The position numbers were made by a program, and so were the translations under genes. The notes under the pieces were generated by a model. It saw nothing but the letters and a program-made list of their open reading frames with translations, ran no database searches and was not told the DNA's origin. A stretch of DNA of 64,000 nucleotides from a virus (taxonomy: Duplodnaviria; Caudoviricetes), in the IMG/VR virus record IMGVR_UViG_3300037882_001196, positions 751-64,750 of that record; one strand, 5' to 3'. Below, piece by piece: positions 56,376 to 64,000 of the stretch (its first letter is position 1; each line of letters starts with the position of its first letter).

Positions 56376-56957
56376 ATGAGATTCAGGATTCATGAAGAGA
56401 ATTGGCGGCATTGTACTGATTGCCGTCTCGGAGAACTACGCACGAAGCTAGTGTTGGCGAGAGGAACGGTGCCGTGCGATGTGCTCTTTGTTGGAGAAGC
56501 ACCGGGAGAATCCGAGAACGTAACTGGGCAACCGTTCACTGGACCTGCTGGTAGGCTGCTTGACCGAATTGTTGAAGAGACAATCGGTAACTCAAAATTC
56601 ACTTACGCTTTCACCAATGTGATTGCTTGTATTCCGTATGACGAGAACGGAATCAAGATCAGCGTACCGGATTTTGAGTGTATTGAAGCGTGTACGCCAA
56701 GACTCATTGAGTTCATTGACGAAGTTGCGAAGCCAAAAACCATCGTCGCAGTAGGAACGGTAGCAAAAGAGAACCTTGAGAGAGGTTACCAGCATTCAAT
56801 CAAGTTCAAGACCAATGCGAAGGTGGTGGATATTATTCACCCTGCTGCTATTCTGCGGAAGAACATCACGCTCCAAGGAATGGAAGTTCAGCGTTGTAAG
56901 ATTCGATTGAATGAAGTTGTTGAAGAATTAGAACTACTTGAAACACTAGGAGGTTAA
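56376..56957 (+). CDS. Uracil-DNA glycosylase family 4
   Basis: CTDC, VGEAPGESE, PFTGPAGRLL, TN..AC and HPAAILR. Confidence 0.9.
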   Translation: MRFRIHEENWRHCTDCRLGELRTKLVLARGTVPCDVLFVGEAPGESENVTGQPFTGPAGRLLDRIVEETIGNSKFTYAFTNVIACIPYDENGIKISVPDFECIEACTPRLIEFIDEVAKPKTIVAVGTVAKENLERGYQHSIKFKTNAKVVDIIHPAAILRKNITLQGMEVQRCKIRLNEVVEELELLETLGG

Positions 56958-56958
56958 G

Positions 56959-57147
56959 ATGCTTGTACTTTCCATGAAGGAAGATGACGCTGTTGAGATT
57001 CAAGTTGGTGGGGTAACTATTGCCAAGGTTATTCTCAACAAGATCAAAGGACAAAAGCAAGTCAGCATAGGCTTTGAGGCAGCTAAGTCTGTTGCATTCA
57101 TCCGTACCGATGCCAAAGTTAGAGAACCAAAAGCAGGAGAAAGTTGA
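56959..57147 (+). CDS. CsrA/RsmA-like RNA-binding protein
   Basis: MLVLS...V.IGFEA..V..IR.D pattern, 62 aa. Confidence 0.7.
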   Translation: MLVLSMKEDDAVEIQVGGVTIAKVILNKIKGQKQVSIGFEAAKSVAFIRTDAKVREPKAGES

Positions 57148-57353
57148 TGAATTCTATTCAGTTAATCACAGTCGAAGTAACTCCAAGTATGTTAATTGAT
57201 TTAGCTAAGAAGTTACAAACTCGTTGGGATAAAGCCGAAATTGGTGAAGAATTACCTAGAGTAGTTCTTGATGTAAGCCAACAAATAAGAATTGAGTTGG
57301 TTATTGATCAAGAAGCAATGCATACAAAAAATCAAAAATCAGAGAGGGTATAA
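57144..57353 (+). CDS. Hypothetical protein
   Basis: Coupled ORF. Confidence 0.5.
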   Translation: MMNSIQLITVEVTPSMLIDLAKKLQTRWDKAEIGEELPRVVLDVSQQIRIELVIDQEAMHTKNQKSERV

Positions 57354-58456
57354 TGTCACTTAAAGACAAAATCAAGGCAACTCAGAATAAGGGACCACTG
57401 TGGAAAGGACCAGAGGTAGATGGGATTACTCAATCTATGCTTGGTCGATTCTTGGTGTGCAAAGAGCGTTTCCGAGTTCAATACATTGAAGGGTTGGTGC
57501 CGACAGAAGACCGATTCAACCACCGTCTCGAATATGGCCAGATGTGGCATGTTTGCGAGGAAGCAGTAGCGAACAAAGATGATTGGAAGGAGAAGCTCAC
57601 GGAGTACACGAACCGACTCAAGTTCCAGTACCTTATGCAACAAGCAGAGGTAGTGAAGTGGAAGAACGTTTGTGAGAAGCAATTTGAGGTCTATCTTGAC
57701 TATTGGAAAGACAAGAAGACTGAAGCAACTCCATTACTCACGGAGTATACTTTTGCTCACCGCTATCAACTGCCTAGTGGGCGGCTGATTCTCCTGAGAG
57801 GGAAGATGGACGGAGTCTTTAAGCAAACCCATACGGTTGGTCCGCCAACGGTTTGGTTGAAGGAGAACAAGACCAAGAGCGAAATAAACGAGATGGATAT
57901 CCAGCGTCAGCTTGGATTTGATCTACAGACGATGATGTATCTACTCGTGCTTCACGGCGAACAGAAGAGTATGCAAGACACAACAATCAAGACTAGAACC
58001 TCTTCTGTCAAGAACGGAATCAGAACCTTTTGGCCGATTCAAGGGGTTATGTACAATGTCATCCGCCGACCACTCTCAGGAGGTTCGGGAAGTATCCGCC
58101 AACATAAGCCAACCAAAAGTAATCCAGCAGGAGAATCGGAAGCGGATTACTATGAACGCTTGAAAGGAGTTATTCAAGAAGCACCAGAAACATTCTTTGC
58201 TCGTTGGGAATCGAGCGTAAGCCTACCAATGATGCTGCAGTTCAAACAGAGGTTTTTTATTCCATTGCTGGAGTACGTTGCTTATTGGTATGATGAAATA
58301 GTGAAAGGGCAACTACCACTAGGTCACTGGCAACATCCGTTTGGTATCTATAATCCGATGGATGAAGGAGGGTATTCCGACGTTGATGATTACCTACTGA
58401 CGGGGAATCGGGCTGGATTGAAACGCCAAGAATCACTATTTGGAGAACTGACTTGA
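57353..58456 (+). CDS. PD-(D/E)XK exonuclease (RecB/Cas4-like)
   Basis: G..WH...E, RGKMDG, ENKT and Q...Y. Confidence 0.8.
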   Translation: MSLKDKIKATQNKGPLWKGPEVDGITQSMLGRFLVCKERFRVQYIEGLVPTEDRFNHRLEYGQMWHVCEEAVANKDDWKEKLTEYTNRLKFQYLMQQAEVVKWKNVCEKQFEVYLDYWKDKKTEATPLLTEYTFAHRYQLPSGRLILLRGKMDGVFKQTHTVGPPTVWLKENKTKSEINEMDIQRQLGFDLQTMMYLLVLHGEQKSMQDTTIKTRTSSVKNGIRTFWPIQGVMYNVIRRPLSGGSGSIRQHKPTKSNPAGESEADYYERLKGVIQEAPETFFARWESSVSLPMMLQFKQRFFIPLLEYVAYWYDEIVKGQLPLGHWQHPFGIYNPMDEGGYSDVDDYLLTGNRAGLKRQESLFGELT

Positions 58457-58713
58457 AAGGAGTAGAGCAAACTTGTCCTGAGTGTAACAAGGTATTTGCT
58501 CCAAAGACAAAACACGAAATGATCTTCTGTACAGCGTTGTGTAGGACAAGACATCGCAATCGGAAGATCAAGAACAAGTTCAAAGAGTTGTTTGGAGTAG
58601 GTGATTCAACCTACTACAAACAAAGAAGGAGGAGACTACGTGCTGAACAAGCCAAACAGGAAAGACTCGCAAGAGAGTGGAAAGAAAACCTTGACCGACA
58701 GCGACGAATTTGA
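58453..58713 (+). CDS. Small Zn-finger protein
   Basis: CPEC...FCTALC. Confidence 0.5.
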   Translation: MKGVEQTCPECNKVFAPKTKHEMIFCTALCRTRHRNRKIKNKFKELFGVGDSTYYKQRRRRLRAEQAKQERLAREWKENLDRQRRI

Positions 58714-58757
58714 TACACCACTATTTATACCAACCAAAGAGGAAGAGGTAAACCAAG

Positions 58758-59627
58758 ATGCCACCGAAACCAACGAAACTGAAACCACAACCATCCAAGA
58801 CTACAACCCAGATCAAGACAGGTAGTATTCTGTCTCGCATCCGACCGCTATATGAGATTGACGATAGTGGTTTGAAGATGGCCATCTACGGTCAGAGCGG
58901 TTCGGGAAAGACAACCCTGTGGGCGACGTTTCCCAAACCGATTCTGGTGTTAATCTGCTCTGGGATTACCGAAGCAGGAGAACTACGGTCAGTCAACACA
59001 GAGGAATATCGAGACGTTATTCACCCACTTTACCTTCACGACACGGATGACATTCGTAAGGTAGTTGATGAATTGAATCAAGACAATCCGTATGCAACAG
59101 TTGTAGCAGACCACGCTACGGGTATCCAAGACTTCACTTTGAAGGAGATTCTTGGTCTCAGTTCAATCCCTTCGCAGAAAGGTTGGGGTATTGCCACCCA
59201 GCAACAATGGGGACAATGTACACTCCAAACCAAAGAGTTATTGCGAGGACTTCTTGGGTTGAAGAGTAACGTGGTGATCGTTGCTCAAGAGCGTTCCTTT
59301 GGAGATGATAACAACAGCGACACAATCAAACCAGTAATCGGAGCAGCCCTAACACCGGGAGCAGCGAGTTGGTTAAACAGCACCGTGGATTATATTGGGC
59401 AAATGTTCAAGCGACAAAAGTCAGAAGAAGTGTCAACGAAGATCGGCGACAAAGTCATGAAGACTCGGAAGATGGTTACTGGGGTTGACTACTGCCTACG
59501 GACTGCTCCTGATTCAGTCTACACCACGAAGTTCCGAGTGCCACGCAGCTTCTCCGTTCCAGATGTTATTGTTGATCCGACGTATGAGAAGATCATCGAA
59601 GTAATCAGCGGAACCTACGAAGGGTAA
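58758..59627 (+). CDS. AAA_24 / Sak4-like recombination ATPase
   Basis: IYGQSGSGKTT, VVAD and IVAQE. Confidence 0.85.
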   Translation: MPPKPTKLKPQPSKTTTQIKTGSILSRIRPLYEIDDSGLKMAIYGQSGSGKTTLWATFPKPILVLICSGITEAGELRSVNTEEYRDVIHPLYLHDTDDIRKVVDELNQDNPYATVVADHATGIQDFTLKEILGLSSIPSQKGWGIATQQQWGQCTLQTKELLRGLLGLKSNVVIVAQERSFGDDNNSDTIKPVIGAALTPGAASWLNSTVDYIGQMFKRQKSEEVSTKIGDKVMKTRKMVTGVDYCLRTAPDSVYTTKFRVPRSFSVPDVIVDPTYEKIIEVISGTYEG

Positions 59628-59781
59628 ACGCTTTACGCCTCTATTTCCCTTTCCTTTCGGAATCGGTTATAGTTTTCTTTCTGGCTGGGTGAGAGTGGAA
59701 AGCATCTTGCGAGTGGTGCTGACCAAACCGTCTCTCACCCAGTCTTTTTCTTACAAGTATCTCGCAAGGGGAATTACGGTT

Positions 59782-60957
59782 ATGCCTCCAGTAAAACAAA
59801 ACACGAGCGGTGGGTTGTTCAAGAAGTTGGGCACTGCGTTGGCCAAAGCCCACGAAGCCCACAAAGACGAAGAAGTCAAATACTCAAACATGGGTGATCT
59901 TCCACCCGGAATCAATAACGGGATTGCTCAGTTAGTTGAGTGTAAGTTCAGCCAATATGAGAAAGGAGACCAAGCAGGTGAATACTTCTTCTACGCTGCG
60001 GGCGTGGTAGTCTCCCCCACAGAGCACAAGGGACTTCGGATTACAGGACTACGAACGTCGATCATGGAACCGTTGTGCGACACGCCAACCCGTTCCCGCA
60101 AAACGGTCGATGAGCACGTGGGTTGGATTTACAACGAGTTGCGGAAACTCGGATGCGATACCTCAAGCCTGACTCCAGACAATCTGGAAGAAGTTGCGGC
60201 AATGCTGAAGGAAGCAAAACCGTTCTTTCAATTCCGAACTTGGGCTGGACAACCCTCTGCCGAGTATCCTGACCCACGAACAAATCACACTTGGAACGGG
60301 GTTTGTGAATTTACTCCGAGTGAAGATGGCACAACGTCAGGAGTCCAAGACAACGGAGACGACAACGAACCAGCACCCGAATCGAAGCCAACCAAGACGA
60401 CGGCAGCACCGAAAGCCACTCCAACGACTGCTGCTTCAAAGACGACGGCGACAACGACAAAGACCGCTACGAAGCCGACAGCCCCAGTCAAGAAGGAACC
60501 TGAGCCGGAACCGGGACCAGAGTTCAATGAGTTTCAAGACCTTGACTCGCTGGGAGAAGCTGCCCAAGAGAACGGCGAAGATGGAGCCATTGACCGATTG
60601 ACCGAAATGGCGTTGGCTGCGGGGATGACTCAAGAAGACATCGATGGAGCAGAAAGCTGGCTGGCTGTGGTTCAGTTCATCAAGGAGAATCCAACAACAC
60701 CAGAAGATTCAACAGAGGGAGAAGAGGAACCAGAGCCAGAACCAGAAGGACCGAAGGTTGATGACGTCTACAAATATCAACCAAATGACCCAAAAACGAA
60801 GAAGCCAGCAATCAACCCGAAAACCAAGAAACCTCTCATCGTCGAATGTACGGTGACAAGGGTTGCTGAGAGGAAGCAGACGGTTGATCTACTGAATCTG
60901 GACGATGGTAAGACAGTCTACAAAGCAGTTGCGTGGACAGCCCTTATCCGCGACTAG
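59782..60957 (+). CDS. Probable single-stranded DNA-binding protein with Thr/Pro/acidic extension
   Basis: LPPG..(OB-like) N-terminus after the Sak4-like gene, and an acidic tail. Confidence 0.5.
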   Translation: MPPVKQNTSGGLFKKLGTALAKAHEAHKDEEVKYSNMGDLPPGINNGIAQLVECKFSQYEKGDQAGEYFFYAAGVVVSPTEHKGLRITGLRTSIMEPLCDTPTRSRKTVDEHVGWIYNELRKLGCDTSSLTPDNLEEVAAMLKEAKPFFQFRTWAGQPSAEYPDPRTNHTWNGVCEFTPSEDGTTSGVQDNGDDNEPAPESKPTKTTAAPKATPTTAASKTTATTTKTATKPTAPVKKEPEPEPGPEFNEFQDLDSLGEAAQENGEDGAIDRLTEMALAAGMTQEDIDGAESWLAVVQFIKENPTTPEDSTEGEEEPEPEPEGPKVDDVYKYQPNDPKTKKPAINPKTKKPLIVECTVTRVAERKQTVDLLNLDDGKTVYKAVAWTALIRD

Positions 60958-60959
60958 GA

Positions 60960-61390
60960 AACACTACGTGCCTGAAAAGGTGAGTCAGCGTAGTCAGGTG
61001 GTTGGTACCCACACTCCAACTTAGATTGAGTCACTCATCCTCTTGATGGGACTTAACACCAAACAAGCTGAGGCAAGCAGTATGCCAAGAGCACCGCCCG
61101 GATAGCCTATAATTCATCACCGATGAATCCAGTTGAGCGGAGATAAGTTCAACTCCAGTTGTCTAGGTCACTGGGTAAACTAACGTAAAGTACCGTAAGG
61201 CACACATAATGCTAGGTTGGGGCTAACCGCCTGTGAGTAAAGTCCAACTATTAACATGCTCCTGTTCAATACTCCAGTTGAACACAAAGCAGATTGCGGG
61301 GTGTAAAATGTAACCTTCATTTTTCTACGGAGAGGACCAGAGGGGGAGTTATCCGCATCAGGGATTTACGTACCTTTACTCCCCCTCACT
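60960..61390 (+). ncRNA. Long hairpin-rich non-coding tract
   Basis: No ORF of 60 aa or more. About ten consecutive stems. Confidence 0.5.
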
Positions 61391-61392
61391 TA

Positions 61393-61464
61393 CCTCCAAT
61401 CGTCTAAAGGAAAGACACCTGATACCCACTCAGGAAATAGGCTGTTCGATTCAGCTACGGGGGC
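61393..61464 (+). other. tRNA-like element (degenerate, nominal anticodon CCC)
   Basis: GTCT/AGAC D stem, CCTGA-TACCCAC-TCAGG, GGCTG-TTCGATT-CAGCT. Acceptor stem has 5 of 7 pairs. Confidence 0.6.
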
Positions 61465-61494
61465 TTGATCTAAATATGTCGGAAACTCGCAAAC

Positions 61495-63738
61495 ATGAAT
61501 ATCTCTTTTGATACAGAAACAACAGGCGTAGACCGTTTCCACGGTGCTAAGCCTTTTTTCTTTACCACTTGCAACGAAGCAGGAGAGGTTGAATACATCG
61601 AGTGGGATGTTGATCCTATTACTCGACAACCAATCGTAATTATAGATGATGTGGAGTGGATTACTGATTTGTTGTCTACTTCAGGTTGCGACTCAATCAT
61701 TTTTCATAATGCGAAATTTGACGTTGCGATGTTGGCGACGATTCGCAAAGAGTTTGGTAATTGGGATTGGGACCGTACTCACGACACACTTCTGATGGCC
61801 CACTTACTTTACAGCAACCGACCGAAGAACCTAACCGACCTTGGTATTCAGATCGTAGGGAAAGATATTGAGCCTCTTGAAATTGAATTGAAGAAAGCCT
61901 GCGACGAAGCACGCCGAATCGCACGGAGTAAGTACAAAGATTGGATGATCGCAAAAGCAGACCTACCTTGTATGCCCTCTGCGGGGGAGAAGGTTTGGAA
62001 GTATGATACTTGGCTTCCACGACGTATTGCCCAAGAAGAAAGCTATTCAGCCGACCATCCGTGGTGGACGGTACTCTCGGATTATGCCAACGCTGACTCG
62101 ATGATGACGGTGGCGTTATTCAAAGCCTGTATCCAACTTATCCGCGAACGGGGGTTAGAGAAGTTATACAACACACGACGCCAGATGCTTCCCACGATCT
62201 ATGAAATGGAACAGAATGGTATCACGATGAGTCGTGACCGCTATGAAGAACTACTCACAGAATACACAGAAGAGAAGGAGAAGGCATCGAACGTTTGTGT
62301 CAACATTGCAGCAGATATTGGCTACGAATTGAACCTACCAAAGAGTGGTAACAACAAGTCACTCTTAAATTTCTGCTTTGGAGAATCGACGGGAACCTGC
62401 GAAGTCTGTGGAGAATCCCAGAAGATTCCAGACAAGGAGAAAGCCAAGAAGCTGAAGGAACAAGGACGCACTTGTAACTTCTGTAAGCAGGCCGGTAAAA
62501 CGAGTCCAATACGTTTTGACATCATCGAAGGACTCAACCTACCAATCGTCGGACTAACAGACAGCGGCAACCCGTCACTCGACAAGAACGTGCTGGAGAA
62601 CTACCTATTAACTCTCCCCCAGAGAAGTAAGCAGCGAACCTTCGTTGATAAATTAGCAGCACTTCGGAAACGTAGCACTGCCATATCCTATATGGAAAGC
62701 TATACACGATTCTGGTTGCCTGCTTTTGAAGATGTTGGAGAGGATTTATTCCAACACTGGATGCGTCTCCATCCGTCGCTGAATCCCACAGGTACAGATA
62801 CATTGCGTTGTTCGAGCAGTAACCCGAACGAACAGAACATCAGCAAGAAGGAAGGATTCAACCTGCGATATTTATGTGGACCTCTGCCCGGACGGGAGTG
62901 GTGGAGTTGTGATGCGAGAGGGATTGAAGATCGTCTTCCTGCTTATGAAAGTCAACAAGATGAACTCATAACAATTTTTGAGAAACCAGATGAGCCACCC
63001 TATTATGGAAGCAACCATCTCCTTCGGTTCCATACGGTATATCCTGATATCTGGGAGCAGACCTATTCAGTACTCAAAGTTCAATTTGGAGATTCTGAAG
63101 CCTACAAAAAAGTGGGCCCAACTTGTAAAAAGCAGTACGCATCGACTTATTACCAATGGGTCAAGAACGGCGGTTTTGCCGTACAGTATGGTGCCATTGA
63201 CAGAGCGGACGGTAAGGGAACCGCAGACCTAGCTTTCCATCGACCAGGATGCCATGCTTTACTCAAGGAACGCTTCTCAAAGTTAGAAGCACTCAATCAG
63301 AAGCAGATTCGCCATGCGGAGAAGTTTGGCTACGTCGAAACGATTCCTGACAGAGACGTAGACCCAAAGCGTGGGTATCCGCTGTTGTGTACTCGCACGG
63401 AATGGGGTAAGATTCTACCAACCGTGCCTCTCAACTATCACATCCAAGGAACGGCGATGTGGTGGATGATGATGGCGATGATTCGCGTCCATCGGCTAAT
63501 GAAGGAGTGGAGACAAAAAGGGTTTGACGCAAGACTCGTGATGCAGATTCACGACGAACTTGTGTTTGATTTTCCGAAGTCAAAAGAAGACCCACAAGCC
63601 AACCCAAAGAAGTCAAACCTGTGGCGGATTCGAGCCATTCAAAAGGAAATGGAAAAAGGGGGACTTGGTTTAGGTATACCAACCCCGACAAGCTGCGAGT
63701 ATCATCCAGACAACTGGAGTACTGGCATCTCATTTTGA
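61495..63738 (+). CDS. polA: DNA polymerase family A with 3'-5' exonuclease
   Basis: DTETTG, HNAKFD, TGTDTLRCSSSNPNEQNI, K...F...YG and QIHDEL. Confidence 0.92.
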   Translation: MNISFDTETTGVDRFHGAKPFFFTTCNEAGEVEYIEWDVDPITRQPIVIIDDVEWITDLLSTSGCDSIIFHNAKFDVAMLATIRKEFGNWDWDRTHDTLLMAHLLYSNRPKNLTDLGIQIVGKDIEPLEIELKKACDEARRIARSKYKDWMIAKADLPCMPSAGEKVWKYDTWLPRRIAQEESYSADHPWWTVLSDYANADSMMTVALFKACIQLIRERGLEKLYNTRRQMLPTIYEMEQNGITMSRDRYEELLTEYTEEKEKASNVCVNIAADIGYELNLPKSGNNKSLLNFCFGESTGTCEVCGESQKIPDKEKAKKLKEQGRTCNFCKQAGKTSPIRFDIIEGLNLPIVGLTDSGNPSLDKNVLENYLLTLPQRSKQRTFVDKLAALRKRSTAISYMESYTRFWLPAFEDVGEDLFQHWMRLHPSLNPTGTDTLRCSSSNPNEQNISKKEGFNLRYLCGPLPGREWWSCDARGIEDRLPAYESQQDELITIFEKPDEPPYYGSNHLLRFHTVYPDIWEQTYSVLKVQFGDSEAYKKVGPTCKKQYASTYYQWVKNGGFAVQYGAIDRADGKGTADLAFHRPGCHALLKERFSKLEALNQKQIRHAEKFGYVETIPDRDVDPKRGYPLLCTRTEWGKILPTVPLNYHIQGTAMWWMMMAMIRVHRLMKEWRQKGFDARLVMQIHDELVFDFPKSKEDPQANPKKSNLWRIRAIQKEMEKGGLGLGIPTPTSCEYHPDNWSTGISF

Positions 63739-63778
63739 TTCATCAGTAGAGTACCAATCTACAAGTAACGGAGTAGGA

Positions 63779-64000
63779 ATGTTAGACTTGCCAAAACTAT
63801 CTGCACGAGCAGAAGCAGTAACCCGCCGCACGTATAACCGACCGCTAGACGACGATGGGACTCAGTTTGAGACTTGGGAACAAACGATTGAACGTGCTCA
63901 ATACAAACATCACGAGAACCTTTGGGGTGACTCGGGACCGAACGCTGTTCCAGACTTGAAAGAGTTGGCTGAGTTTAAGCAGCTTGGGTTAGAGCGGAAA
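63779..64000 (+). CDS. nrdJ: Class II ribonucleotide reductase (3'-truncated)
   Basis: MLDLPKLSARAEAVTRRTYNRPL...FETWEQTIER, the RTYxR...ETW N-terminus. Confidence 0.75.
   Translation, partial: MLDLPKLSARAEAVTRRTYNRPLDDDGTQFETWEQTIERAQYKHHENLWGDSGPNAVPDLKELAEFKQLGLERK

Noticed and set aside
57353-58456. Cas4-like nuclease as sign of a CRISPR system
   Set aside because: No array or other cas genes. It is in the usual exonuclease-Sak4-SSB recombination trio.

Overview
This window is most of the genome of a tailed dsDNA phage with siphovirus-like morphogenesis genes. No integrase or repressor is visible. The host is inferred to be a Planctomycete. Layout: (1) 1-7.4 kb, thymidine-hypermodification and nucleotide module: P-loop kinase, aGPT-Pplase2/amino acid:DNA transferase-like protein, TAGT-like glycosyltransferase, myo-inositol-1-phosphate synthase, HAD nucleotidase, dUMP hydroxymethylase-type thymidylate synthase, DUF3310 and MazG; (2) primase-helicase; (3) 12-40 kb packaging, head, candidate lysis and tail genes, including a kinase/ADP-ribosyltransferase effector next to MuF and a -1 frameshift tail chaperone; (4) HNH gene, two tRNAs flanking an unknown structured RNA, and a sugar-modification cluster; (5) a minus-strand early region carrying two type II hammerhead ribozymes; (6) repair, recombination and replication genes, a ~500-nt structured non-coding tract ending in a tRNA-like element, a family A polymerase and the start of a class II ribonucleotide reductase. 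The best candidate for an undescribed system is an inositol-dependent, possibly further glycosylated, thymidine hypermodification pathway. The RNA elements come second. All family calls are by-eye motif recognition, not database searches.
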